A stretch of DNA of 64,000 bases from Bacteroidaceae bacterium (GTDB lineage: Bacteria; Bacteroidota; Bacteroidia; Bacteroidales; Bacteroidaceae), in NCBI GenBank assembly GCA_017451695.1, contig JAFTNW010000003.1:18360-82359 (forward strand). Reading direction: 5' to 3'. Position numbers and translations under genes: made by a program. Below the pieces are notes generated by a model. It made no database searches and was not told the DNA's origin. It saw nothing but the letters and a program-made list of their open reading frames with translations. How positions within the stretch are numbered: the first letter of the stretch is position 1; every line of letters starts with the position of its first letter. Shown piece by piece: positions 1-9,968 of this stretch.

Positions 1-633
1 AAGGAGCAACTGCTCGCCGACCCCATGCTGGAATTCGAAAAATTGTTCAACGACATCGTAAGAAAGAACAGCGCCTACGCCTACCGCAACATAAGCAATG
101 TGCCTGCCATTGAGAAATGGTACAAGACATACATGCAGGCATTGCGCGAGTGGGACAGCGACAGAGCATTCTACCCCGATGCAAACTTCACTCTGCGCGT
201 GGCATACGGAACAGTTTGCGGTTACGAGAATGTTGATGGCGAGTACCACACACACCTATCTACACTCGATGGAGTGATAGCCAAAGAGAACCCCGAGATT
301 TACGATTACGACATACCGCAAGCACTGCGCGATACATACAAGAACAAGAGCTATGGGCAATGGAGCATAGACAAGAACGGAAAGCCCACCGTACCCGTAT
401 GTTTCCTTGCATCGAACCACACATCGGGCGGTAACTCCGGCTCACCCGTAATAAACGGCAAGGGCGAACTTGTGGGAATAAATTTCGACCGCACATGGCG
501 TTCCACAATGAGCGACATTGAGTTCGACCCCACTATATGCCGCAACATATCGGTGGATATTCGCTACGTACTTTTTATTGTGGACCGCATAGGCCATGCA
601 CAATATCTGCTTAATGAACTTGGGGTGAATTAA
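1..633 (+). CDS. S46 family dipeptidyl-peptidase (DPP7/DPP11-like), C-terminal fragment; the 5' end lies outside the window
   Basis: The frame is open from base 1. It contains the S46 catalytic-Ser block TSGGNSGSPVINGKGELVGINFD. A hairpin terminator follows. Confidence 0.75.
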   Translation, partial: KEQLLADPMLEFEKLFNDIVRKNSAYAYRNISNVPAIEKWYKTYMQALREWDSDRAFYPDANFTLRVAYGTVCGYENVDGEYHTHLSTLDGVIAKENPEIYDYDIPQALRDTYKNKSYGQWSIDKNGKPTVPVCFLASNHTSGGNSGSPVINGKGELVGINFDRTWRSTMSDIEFDPTICRNISVDIRYVLFIVDRIGHAQYLLNELGVN

Positions 634-704
634 GCAAGCAGCTATTGAATTCATAAATTCTTGCTATTTTTGAGGTAACCCCGAATATATTATGCACTTG
701 CAGT

Positions 705-744
705 GAGAAATATCAAGCAAGCTTGATATTTCTCGTTCGTTTTT
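705..744 (+). terminator. Rho-independent terminator after the S46 peptidase gene
   Basis: A 14-bp perfect stem gagaaatatcaagc/gcttgatatttctc with a 2-nt loop, followed by gttcgttttt. Confidence 0.6.
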
Positions 745-1028
745 AGATATATTTGAAATCCCTATGGCAGAGTCTCTCACATATAAATCCATACACATAT
801 GGCACTATTCATCACATTGGGCATTGTTTGGCCGGTGGCAATTATTGATTTGCTGCTTTTTCTGTTGTGCGTAAAGAGTTTTTATGCAGCAATGCACAGC
901 AGCCGAGCCGCTGATGTGCCCGATAAAGAGTTAAATATAAAATAGATGCCAGCTTGGCCCCGTTTGCCTTATATGCCCGAGTTGAGGAGTTATTGAACGG
1001 CTGTAGCGTTCCCGAACAGGTCACTCTG

Positions 1029-1787
1029 CTACTTCTTACCAAAGAGAGCCGCAAACCTGCTCTTGGAACGGTTCCTACGATACCTTCTCATTCTGTGAGA
1101 CATCACATAATAGACAACCTTAGGGTACCTTATACCGGTTTTCTGCACATAAACATCAATGAGTTCTCCCATCTGTGTGAGTGGGAAAAAGCACTGCTCA
1201 AACGAGAACATCATCTCCTTGAATGCAGGCTTTACACCGAATTTCATCCTATTAATATCGGTGAGCGAGAATAGATAATGCCCAGTGGCATCATCCTTAT
1301 AATAAAAGACGTTTCCTGCGTTCAAGTCCATAGGCATGACACCCTTCTTGTGCATAGAGAGCAGATAGTCTATGAAATCACTTAATATAACCTTTCTTTC
1401 GTCAGCACTCACAGAGCCATCAAATATACTCTCAAGCAGTTTGTGAGGCTCATACTTTGCAATAAACACACCCTGTTTGAAAAGTCCCTTATCAAATTTT
1501 TCAAAATAGGCAACCGGCAATGGCGTCTCAAAGCCACAATCCAACAGTTGCAGAGCATATTCATATGCACGCCTCGCCTTTGATTTGCGAAAAAAACGAT
1601 AGGCTATCATATTTATGAGTGGAGGCTTTTTGTAGCTCTTAACCACAAAAAGCTCACCATCAATAGAGACACGCTCCACCACATTTCGGCGGTTACAATA
1701 GACAAATTCGGGGGTATAATTCCCGTTCGCCACCTCTACAAGGCGCGATTCGAGATGCTGATATCGGGGGTTTATCACCTTTTTCAT
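1029..1787 (-). CDS. Lipopolysaccharide kinase (Kdo/WaaP/InaA) family protein
   Basis: 252 aa. It has a kinase-like layout: FVVKSYKK (Lys), MHKKGVMPMDLNAGNVFY (catalytic-loop-like), LTDINRM. It lies 5 nt downstream of the nuclease gene on the same strand. Confidence 0.6.
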   Translation of the reverse strand: MKKVINPRYQHLESRLVEVANGNYTPEFVYCNRRNVVERVSIDGELFVVKSYKKPPLINMIAYRFFRKSKARRAYEYALQLLDCGFETPLPVAYFEKFDKGLFKQGVFIAKYEPHKLLESIFDGSVSADERKVILSDFIDYLLSMHKKGVMPMDLNAGNVFYYKDDATGHYLFSLTDINRMKFGVKPAFKEMMFSFEQCFFPLTQMGELIDVYVQKTGIRYPKVVYYVMSHRMRRYRRNRSKSRFAALFGKK

Positions 1788-1792
1788 TTATA

Positions 1793-3850
1793 CTACTTTT
1801 TATATACCTTCTCACCCGAAATTATGTAGAAACCACGGGGGAGATTATCGAGTGCAGAGGCTGCGCGAACGGCTGAACGCACACATACACCTTGCATATT
1901 ATATACATCCACAACAGTGGCCTCGTCGGTTACAATATCTTCAACACCTGTGGTACTCACAGGCGATTTTGCATAGATATTCACCGACTTCTGCGTTCCC
2001 TTGTAGCAAGAGAAACGGGGTGAAGCTGTGTTGTACTGCAATATATTACGTGTATATGCACCCTGCGCTGTGAGAACAGCCGAACCATCGGCCGATATCT
2101 CTATCAACCAGCTTGCATCGTCGCTAAGCGCCTCAACCGAGCTAACGTTATTGCTACTGTTTGATGCGGCAGAGAGATAGAGGCCATCGACATTAATGGC
2201 AAATGTGCCCTCTTTGGTACCCTCTTCGAGCAGTGCAATCTGCGTGCCTTCGGGATATGATGTTATTTTGTTCGATTCTATTACCGCACCCGCGATGCTT
2301 GCGCGATATTTACCCGATTGCGCGCCCATGACTATATCGGTGTATGCAATTATTATAGAGTCGCCTGCGGTGAGTGTGGAAGCCGATGTTACAAGGGTAA
2401 ATTCCTTGAAAGGATAGTTCCCGCCGTTGCCACCTGTGCCCACATTGCCGGTATCGTCGCCATCGCCACCTTCATCGGTATTGTCGTCGCCGGTGTTATC
2501 ATCGCCACCTGCGGCTTCGGCTGCAGATACCACAAGGTTCTTAACCTCCCATGTTCCTGCCTTGGTGGTTGTAGATGTATATTTGAAAGCTATCGTAACA
2601 TTATCCTTACCCATGTACTTGGATGGCAATGCTATATCGCCTGTTTGTGTAAATGCCCAATCGGTGTTGTTCTGCACAATGGAGAAATCAATAACCTCCC
2701 ATGTGGCCGTTGCAATATCGCCTGTATAGTTGTCGCTTATGAGCAATTGGTTGCGCTGGGCCACCATGCCTGTTTCGTTATACTTTGTTACATACTCAAA
2801 AGAGAGTTTTGCCCCCTCGGCATCGGTGAGATCCATTGAGGGAGAAACAAGCCAGCTTTCGGCCGCATAGTTTGTATATGTATCACTCTCGTATGCCGAA
2901 ATGTATGCACAGCCATACTTGTTGGTCCATTCGTGTGTGCCTGCGGCATTTACCACGGTGAACTCGCCAAGCGATGATGAGAACGACTCCATTATATATA
3001 CCTTGGAATCGGTGTTATCACCGGCACCGCCACTCACTTCGCCCGACAGGCTGAATACATAGTTCACGGAGTCGCCCCACACATAGTCGGCCAACTGCGG
3101 GTAATCTACATATGGGTTACGGTTGCCTTGAATAGAATATACAGCATTGTTGCGTGCAACCTCCTTGGTGCTGACAGGGTCCTGCTTGTGCCATTTTAGA
3201 AGGAGCTCGACAGCCCAAGGCTTGAATGTGGGATATGTACTGTTTTCGTAGTTCATCCAGGTATATTCATAGGTAAGATTCTGGTAGCAGGTAAACATAT
3301 ACATATAGGTGCGTGCAAAATCGCCTTTATACTCATCACAAGGCTCAAAAGCATTCACGCTGCTGCCGTTGATGGTAGCCTTGCCCACAAAAGTAACACC
3401 ATTGTCCCAAGAAACCGACTCTAATTCGGCCAGGGGGTAGTTACCCTTACGGCTGTTGGCATCCGCATCAGACGGATTCAGGTGGTGCAGGTCGCAGTAG
3501 GCATCGTTTTTGCCACCACCCCACCAGCTCTTTGCAACGCTGTGCTCAATATTCATATCGCTTATAGCCGCACCCTTATCGCCAAAGTAACGTACCTCGG
3601 GCGAGTACATATCGTAAACACGGTTGGTAACCGGGTCGCGGTCGGTGGAATAGAATGCACCCCAAGTGGATGCAGAGCCACTGCCATATGAGATACGCTC
3701 ATGTACTCTTATAAGGTTATACAATGCGTCTTTCAATGTAGCACCACCCTTCACACCATCAATAGATGTGTAATACTCTGACTGAGCCGTTGCCAATGTT
3801 ACAAACAAAACGGCTACGAGAAAGCATAAATTTTTCTTAATAGTTTGCAT
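1793..3850 (-). CDS. Secreted endonuclease I family nuclease with extra beta-rich domains and a T9SS C-terminal sorting domain
   Basis: Signal peptide MQTIKKNLCFLVAVLFVTLATAQS. Endonuclease-I-like motifs NIEHSVAKSWWGG and DLHHLNPSDADANSRKGNYP. Acidic Gly/Asp linker GGDDNTGDDNTDEGGDGDDTGN. T9SS-CTD-like C-terminus VDVYNMQGVCV...LPRGFYIISGEKVYKK. Confidence 0.7.
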   Translation of the reverse strand: MQTIKKNLCFLVAVLFVTLATAQSEYYTSIDGVKGGATLKDALYNLIRVHERISYGSGSASTWGAFYSTDRDPVTNRVYDMYSPEVRYFGDKGAAISDMNIEHSVAKSWWGGGKNDAYCDLHHLNPSDADANSRKGNYPLAELESVSWDNGVTFVGKATINGSSVNAFEPCDEYKGDFARTYMYMFTCYQNLTYEYTWMNYENSTYPTFKPWAVELLLKWHKQDPVSTKEVARNNAVYSIQGNRNPYVDYPQLADYVWGDSVNYVFSLSGEVSGGAGDNTDSKVYIMESFSSSLGEFTVVNAAGTHEWTNKYGCAYISAYESDTYTNYAAESWLVSPSMDLTDAEGAKLSFEYVTKYNETGMVAQRNQLLISDNYTGDIATATWEVIDFSIVQNNTDWAFTQTGDIALPSKYMGKDNVTIAFKYTSTTTKAGTWEVKNLVVSAAEAAGGDDNTGDDNTDEGGDGDDTGNVGTGGNGGNYPFKEFTLVTSASTLTAGDSIIIAYTDIVMGAQSGKYRASIAGAVIESNKITSYPEGTQIALLEEGTKEGTFAINVDGLYLSAASNSSNNVSSVEALSDDASWLIEISADGSAVLTAQGAYTRNILQYNTASPRFSCYKGTQKSVNIYAKSPVSTTGVEDIVTDEATVVDVYNMQGVCVRSAVRAASALDNLPRGFYIISGEKVYKK

Positions 3851-3958
3851 ATAAAATCTGATTTTAGGCTTAACAAGCCTTTACATTATATTAAAAATCG
3901 TTGTGCAAAGTTAAGGCTTATTTTTTAGAATAATGCGTGTTCTTATAAAATATATTTA

Positions 3959-3966
3959 TAACTTTG
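3959..3966 (+). promoter_or_regulatory. Bacteroides-type -7 promoter box (TAacTTTG) upstream of mutA
   Basis: Exact match to TAnnTTTG, 29 nt upstream of ATG 3995. I saw no clear -33 TTTG. Confidence 0.3.
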
Positions 3967-3994
3967 TGTTTTGAATTATACAAAACTCAACAAC

Positions 3995-5836
3995 ATGGAA
4001 AAGGAAAAAGAGAAACTTTTTAGTGAATTCTCGCCTGTTACCGCAGAGAGCTGGAAAGAAAAGATAGTGGAAGACCTTAAAGGTGCCGACTACGACAAGA
4101 AGATGATTTGGAGAACAAGCGAGGGATTTAATGTAAACCCGTTCTATCGCAAAGAAGATATAGTAAAAGGTATAGCCGACACTATGCCCGGTGAATTCCC
4201 ATATACACGTGGCAATAAAGCCGATAACAAATGGCTCATAAGAACAGAACTAACCACCGACAACCCTGCCGAAGCAAATGCCAAAGCGCATAAACTAATA
4301 AAGGAGGGTGTTACATCGATAGGTTTCAAGGTGAAGGGCAAGATGGTTTCGGCCGAATTTATAGAGCAACTGCTTGCCGGCATTGATGCACAGGAGGTGG
4401 AACTGAACTTTGACGTGTGCCAAAAACGCACACCCCTTTTTGCCACGTTATTCGTAGCGCACTGCAAGAAACAGAATTTCGATCTCAATCGCATTCAAGG
4501 CTCATTCAATTACGACCCCATAGGCAAGGAGCTATGCAAAGGCGTTGCCATTGAGGACTATGCACTGACCGCAAAGGATTTAATTGAGGCCACACAGGAA
4601 CTGCCTCTGTTCCGTTGTCTTGCAGTGAACAGCGCAAAGCTATGTAACAGCGGTGCATATATTACACAGGAACTTGGTTACGCCCTCGCATGGGGCAACG
4701 ATTATATGCACACAGCCACCGAGGCTGGCGTGCCTGCCGACATCGCTGCAAGCAGCATAAAATTCAATATGGGCATATCAAGCAATTTCTTCATGGAGAT
4801 TGCAAAATTCCGCGCAGCGCGTATGCTGTGGGCTAAAATAGCCGAACAATACGGCACAAGCAAGGATTGTTGCAAAATGGCGGTACATGCCGAGACCACA
4901 TCGTTCAACCTCACATTGTTCGACTCTTATGTAAACATGTTGCGCACCCAGACCGAGGCTATGAGCGCAGCCATTGCCGGCGTGGAGTCTATAACGGTGA
5001 GACCATACGACTCTGTTTACGAAACCCCCACCGACTTTGCAGTGAGAATAGCCAAGAACCAACAACTGATACTGAAACACGAGAGCCATATTGACGCCGT
5101 GGCCGACCCCGCAGGCGGTTCGTACTACGTAGAGAGCCTCACCGCTTCTATTGCCAAAGAGGCGTGGAGAATATTCTTGGAGACAGAACAGGCGGGCGGT
5201 TTCCAAGCCTTGGTGCGCAACGGCAAGATAAAGGATATAATGGAAAAGACAGGCGATGACCGCCGTATGGCTCTTGCACGCCGCAAAGAGATACTGCTGG
5301 GCACAAACCAATATCCCAATTTCAGCGAAACATCGGAGGGGAAAATACCCCAGGAAGAGACTTGCGCCTGTGGCGGGCACTCGCATTCATGCGATGGTCT
5401 TAAAACAAAGCGTTTGGGCGAGGAGTTCGAGCAACTGCGCCTTGCCACCGAGGCAAGCGGCCGCCGCCCCAAAGCATTCATGCTCACAATAGGCAACCTT
5501 GCCATGAGACAAGCCAGAGCACAATTCTCGTGCAATTTCCTTGTCGCTGCCGGATATGAGGTTATTGACAACCTCGGATTCAAGAGTGTGGAGGAGGGTG
5601 CAAAAGCGGCATTGGAGGCAAAAGCCGATATTGTGGTGATATGTTCAAGCGACGATGAATATGCCGAATATGCAATACCAGCATACGAGGCTGTAAAGGA
5701 TAAGGCCATATTCATTGTTGCCGGAGCACCTGCATGCAGCGAGGAACTCAAAGCAGCCGGCATCGAGAACTTTATTCATGTGAGAGTGAATGTGCTAGAG
5801 ACCTTAAAGGCTCTTAACGCAAAGTTGGGTATTTAA
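3995..5836 (+). CDS. mutA: Methylmalonyl-CoA mutase small (beta) subunit
   Basis: Mutase-like sequence with [16 protein letters not shown] and [10 protein letters not shown] blocks, immediately upstream of mutB. ATG 3995 is preferred over the TTG at 3971 because of the promoter box at 3959. Confidence 0.8.
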   Translation: MEKEKEKLFSEFSPVTAESWKEKIVEDLKGADYDKKMIWRTSEGFNVNPFYRKEDIVKGIADTMPGEFPYTRGNKADNKWLIRTELTTDNPAEANAKAHKLIKEGVTSIGFKVKGKMVSAEFIEQLLAGIDAQEVELNFDVCQKRTPLFATLFVAHCKKQNFDLNRIQGSFNYDPIGKELCKGVAIEDYALTAKDLIEATQELPLFRCLAVNSAKLCNSGAYITQELGYALAWGNDYMHTATEAGVPADIAASSIKFNMGISSNFFMEIAKFRAARMLWAKIAEQYGTSKDCCKMAVHAETTSFNLTLFDSYVNMLRTQTEAMSAAIAGVESITVRPYDSVYETPTDFAVRIAKNQQLILKHESHIDAVADPAGGSYYVESLTASIAKEAWRIFLETEQAGGFQALVRNGKIKDIMEKTGDDRRMALARRKEILLGTNQYPNFSETSEGKIPQEETCACGGHSHSCDGLKTKRLGEEFEQLRLATEASGRRPKAFMLTIGNLAMRQARAQFSCNFLVAAGYEVIDNLGFKSVEEGAKAALEAKADIVVICSSDDEYAEYAIPAYEAVKDKAIFIVAGAPACSEELKAAGIENFIHVRVNVLETLKALNAKLGI

Positions 5837-5848
5837 CAAGAAGAAACT

Positions 5849-7984
5849 ATGAGAAGAGATTTCAGCAACATAGATATTTTTGAGGCCGGTGCAGCCTCAA
5901 CAACAGCCCCCGCCACAACAGGCGAAATGTGGGAAACAGCTGAGCATATAAATGTTAAGCCTGTTTACACAGCCGACGACTTAAAAGAGATGGAGCACCT
6001 TGACTATGCAGCCGGCCTGCCGCCCTTCCTGCGTGGTCCCTACTCCATGATGTACACCTTCCGCCCATGGACCATCAGGCAGTATGCAGGCTTTTCAACA
6101 GCCGAGGAGAGCAACGCCTTCTACCGTCGCAACCTTGCATCGGGACAAAAGGGCCTCTCTGTGGCATTTGACCTGCCCACACACCGCGGATACAACCCCG
6201 ACAATGAGCGCGTGGTGGGCGATGTGGGAAAAGCCGGAGTATCAATATGCTGCATGGAGAATATGGAGCAACTGTTCGATGGAATCCCCTTGAACAAAAT
6301 GTCTGTTTCAATGACCATGAACGGTGCCGTATTGCCCGTGCTTGCATTCTACATCAACGCCGCGCTCGAGCAGGGCGCGAAGCTCGAGGAGATGGCAGGT
6401 ACCATACAGAACGATATTCTAAAGGAGTTCATGGTGCGCAACACATACATCTACCCGCCTGCATTCTCAATGCGTATAATAAGCGACATTTTCGCCTATA
6501 CTTCGCAGAAGATGCCCAAGTTCAATTCAATATCAATCTCGGGCTACCATATGCAGGAAGCCGGAGCATCGGCCGACATTGAACTTGCATACACCCTTGC
6601 CGACGGTTTGGAGTATGTGCGTGCAGGCGTGAATGCCGGCATTGACATCGATGCTTTTGCTCCCCGCCTATCTTTCTTCTGGGGCATAGGCATGAACCCA
6701 TTCATGGAGATAGCCAAGATGCGTGCGGCGCGTATGCTGTGGGCAAAGATTATAAAGCAGTTCAACCCCAAGAACCCAAAATCAATGGCTCTGCGCACAC
6801 ACTGCCAAACATCGGGCTGGTCGCTCACAGAGCAAGACCCGTTTAACAACGTGGGCCGCACCGTTATTGAGGCCATGAGCGCGGCAATGGGACACACTCA
6901 GTCGCTGCACACCAACGCACTTGACGAGGCTATCGCTCTGCCCACCGACTTTTCGGCACGCATTGCCCGCAACACGCAGATTTATCTGCAAGAGGAGACA
7001 AACATCTGCCGTGTGATAGACCCGTGGGGCGGCTCATACTATGTAGAGAGCCTCACCAAAGAGATTGCCGAGAAGGCGTGGAAACTCATTCAGGAGATTG
7101 AGCAGCTGGGTGGCATGGCAAAAGCCATAGAGACAGGAATACCCAAGATGCGCATAGAGGAGGCTGCCGCACGTACACAAGCACGCATTGATAGCGGCAA
7201 GCAGATTATCGTGGGCACAAACGCATATTGCCTCGACGAGGAGGAGCCTATCGATATTTTGGAGATTGACAACACCGCTGTGCGCAAGGAGCAGCTTGCT
7301 GCCATTGAGCGCAACCGCAATAATCGCGACGAGGCTGCCGTGAAAGCCGCCCTCGACAAGATTACCGAGTGTGCAAAAAGCGGCAAGGGCAATCTTTTGG
7401 AGGCCGCGGTGGAGGCAGCCGGCTTGCGTGCCACATTGGGAGAGATTTCAGACGCTTGCGAGGCTGTCGCAGGGCGTTACAAAGCAATCATAAGAACAAT
7501 TTCAGGAGTGTATTCAGCAGAAAGCAGAGACGACGAGAGCTTCAAAGAGGCCTGCCGCCTCACCGAGGAGTTTGCAAAGAGAGAGGGCCGTCGCCCCCGT
7601 GTGATGATAGCAAAAATGGGACAAGACGGCCATGACCGTGGCGCAAAAGTTGTGGCAACGGGATATGCCGACTGCGGCTTTGATGTGGATATGGGAATGC
7701 TTTTCCAAACACCCACCGAAGTTGCAAAACAGGCTGTGGAAAATGATGTTCATGCCGTGGGTGTGTCGTCGCTTGCCGCCGGACACAAGACACTCGTTCC
7801 ACAGCTTATAGAGGAGCTCGCCAAGCTGGGGCGCGAGGATATTATGGTATTTGCCGGCGGTGTGATACCGGCACAAGATTATGATTTCCTTTACCGCGCA
7901 GGTGTGGCGGGAATCTTCGGCCCCGGAACAAGCGTTGCAAAGGCAGCTTGTGAACTTATGAACATACTGCTTGACGCAGAATAA
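5849..7984 (+). CDS. mutB: Methylmalonyl-CoA mutase large (alpha) subunit, B12-dependent
   Basis: 711 aa. Blocks [33 protein letters not shown] and [17 protein letters not shown]-terminal B12-binding block [13 protein letters not shown] (DxHxxG). Confidence 0.95.
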   Translation: MRRDFSNIDIFEAGAASTTAPATTGEMWETAEHINVKPVYTADDLKEMEHLDYAAGLPPFLRGPYSMMYTFRPWTIRQYAGFSTAEESNAFYRRNLASGQKGLSVAFDLPTHRGYNPDNERVVGDVGKAGVSICCMENMEQLFDGIPLNKMSVSMTMNGAVLPVLAFYINAALEQGAKLEEMAGTIQNDILKEFMVRNTYIYPPAFSMRIISDIFAYTSQKMPKFNSISISGYHMQEAGASADIELAYTLADGLEYVRAGVNAGIDIDAFAPRLSFFWGIGMNPFMEIAKMRAARMLWAKIIKQFNPKNPKSMALRTHCQTSGWSLTEQDPFNNVGRTVIEAMSAAMGHTQSLHTNALDEAIALPTDFSARIARNTQIYLQEETNICRVIDPWGGSYYVESLTKEIAEKAWKLIQEIEQLGGMAKAIETGIPKMRIEEAAARTQARIDSGKQIIVGTNAYCLDEEEPIDILEIDNTAVRKEQLAAIERNRNNRDEAAVKAALDKITECAKSGKGNLLEAAVEAAGLRATLGEISDACEAVAGRYKAIIRTISGVYSAESRDDESFKEACRLTEEFAKREGRRPRVMIAKMGQDGHDRGAKVVATGYADCGFDVDMGMLFQTPTEVAKQAVENDVHAVGVSSLAAGHKTLVPQLIEELAKLGREDIMVFAGGVIPAQDYDFLYRAGVAGIFGPGTSVAKAACELMNILLDAE

Positions 7985-7994
7985 ACCGCACTAT

Positions 7995-9902
7995 ATGATT
8001 GTTTGTATTGCGGAAAAACCCGATGTTGCAAGAAATATAGCCGAGATTTTAGGGGCGAAGAAGAAATGCGATGGCTATATTGAGGGCAACGGCTACCAAG
8101 TAACTTGGACATTAGGACACCTGTGTACGCTTAAAGAGCCGGGAGACTACACCTCTATGTGGCAGAGATGGAGCCTCGGCAGCCTGCCTATGATTCCACC
8201 GCGTTTCGGCATCAAGCTCATAGATAACAAAAGAATCGAAAAACAGTTTGCCATTGTTGAAAAACTCATGCAAGCTGCCGACTGCATAATAAACTGCGGT
8301 GATGCCGGACAGGAGGGAGAACTCATACAACGCTGGGTCATTCAAAAGACACAGGCCAAATGCCCCGTAAAGCGTTTGTGGGTGTCGTCAATGACCGAGG
8401 AGGCCATACGCGAGGGCTTTGCCACGCTCAAAGACCAGAGCGAGTATCAATCGCTCTACGAGGCAGGGCTCGCACGCGCCATAGGAGATTGGCTCTTGGG
8501 CATGAACGCCACACGCCTATACACTTTGAAGTATGGACAGAACCGCCAAGTGCTATCAATAGGACGCGTACAGACGCCCACCCTCGCACTCATTGTGAAA
8601 CGACAAATGGAGATTGAGAATTTTGTACCCAAGCAATATTGGGTACTTAAAACCACTTACCGCGACACCCCGTTCAACGTAATTGTGAAAAAGAGCGAGG
8701 AGGAGCTGATGCAGGAGATTGAAAAACAAAAAGAGAAAGCCTCCAAAAAAGGAGCCGACTTCAATTCCGACGAAGCATACCGCGCAGCCGAGGCGGCAAA
8801 CATCGGCATTGAACCCATCAGCAACAACGAACAAGGCCTCGAACTTATAGAGAAGATAAAAGACGAACCTTTTGTCATTACATCGGTGAGCAAAAAAGAG
8901 GGAAAAGAGTATCCGCCATCACTCTACGACCTGCAAGCCTTGCAGAACGAGTGCGACAGAAAATACGGCATACCCATTGAAACCACGCTGCAAACCGTGC
9001 AATCTCTGTATGAGAAAAAATTTACCACATACCCGCGCGTGGACACCACATTCCTGAGCGACGACATTTACCCCAAATGCCCCGCCATACTCAAAGGGTT
9101 GCGCGACTACACCGCCCTCACCGCCCCATTGGAAGGAAAACCCCTGCCAAAATCAAAAAAGGTATTTAACAACAGTGAGGTTACAGACCACCATGCGATA
9201 ATCCCCACAGGTGTTTACCCGCAAGGACTCACCGATATTGAGAAGAAGGTGTATAACCTCATTGCTCTGCGCTTCATTGCAGCCTTTTACCCCGAGTGTA
9301 AAGTGCGCACAACAACCGTGCAGGGCGAGGCTGCCGACATACCTTTCAGAACAAGCGAGAGAAGTATCATAGAGCAAGGATGGAGGGTGGTTTTTACCGA
9401 CGAAAACAGCGATGAAAAGGAGAAAAAAGAGATTCCCACATTTGTAAAAGGAGAGAGCGGTGCACATATACCCGAGCTACAAGAAAAATGGACAACACCA
9501 CCCAAGCCTTACACCGAGGGCACATTGGTGCTTGCGATGCAGACTGCTGGAAAAACCGTTGAAGACGAGGAGTTGCGCAATGCCATGAAGAAGAACGGAA
9601 TAGGGCGCCCTGCCACACGCGCAGAAATAATAAAAACGCTCTTCAAACGCAACTACATAAAAAAGGTAAAACGCAATGTCGTTGCCACAGAAACAGGCAT
9701 AGAACTTATTAATATCATAAGAAACGAACTGCTCAAAAGCGCGGAACTCACAGGACAGTGGGAAAAAAAACTGCGCGACATTGAGAAGAAAGAGTATGAA
9801 GCAAAAACCTTTATCGAGGAGATGAAGCAGATGCTCAACAAGATAATAAACGAGGTTCTCAGCGACAACAGCACAATAGACAATCTTACTAAAAAAGATT
9901 AA
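7995..9902 (+). CDS. topB: DNA topoisomerase III (type IA)
   Basis: TOPRIM N-terminus MIVCIAEKPDVARNIA...GHL, then DAGQEGELIQRW and RVQTPTLALIV. A length of about 635 aa without Zn-finger tail repeats fits Topo III rather than Topo I. Confidence 0.8.
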   Translation: MIVCIAEKPDVARNIAEILGAKKKCDGYIEGNGYQVTWTLGHLCTLKEPGDYTSMWQRWSLGSLPMIPPRFGIKLIDNKRIEKQFAIVEKLMQAADCIINCGDAGQEGELIQRWVIQKTQAKCPVKRLWVSSMTEEAIREGFATLKDQSEYQSLYEAGLARAIGDWLLGMNATRLYTLKYGQNRQVLSIGRVQTPTLALIVKRQMEIENFVPKQYWVLKTTYRDTPFNVIVKKSEEELMQEIEKQKEKASKKGADFNSDEAYRAAEAANIGIEPISNNEQGLELIEKIKDEPFVITSVSKKEGKEYPPSLYDLQALQNECDRKYGIPIETTLQTVQSLYEKKFTTYPRVDTTFLSDDIYPKCPAILKGLRDYTALTAPLEGKPLPKSKKVFNNSEVTDHHAIIPTGVYPQGLTDIEKKVYNLIALRFIAAFYPECKVRTTTVQGEAADIPFRTSERSIIEQGWRVVFTDENSDEKEKKEIPTFVKGESGAHIPELQEKWTTPPKPYTEGTLVLAMQTAGKTVEDEELRNAMKKNGIGRPATRAEIIKTLFKRNYIKKVKRNVVATETGIELINIIRNELLKSAELTGQWEKKLRDIEKKEYEAKTFIEEMKQMLNKIINEVLSDNSTIDNLTKKD

Positions 9903-9968
9903 CAAAAAAGCGCACCATATAATATTCGGGCAAAAAATGAGTTATTTAATCACAAGTGATTATAACAG

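Noticed and set aside
3851-3994. A cobalamin riboswitch upstream of the B12-dependent mutAB genes (also considered upstream of nrdJ at 22841-23173).
   Set aside because: Both regions are short or AT-rich. They lack the GC-rich conserved B12-box and the multi-stem architecture expected of the riboswitch.
9773-9780. A8 runs inside coding genes (topB 9773-9780, and also in the AT-rich GT2 gene near 42620 and 42716).
   Set aside because: Lys-rich, AT-rich coding sequence produces such runs by composition. They are not comparable to the compositionally unexpected G tracts.
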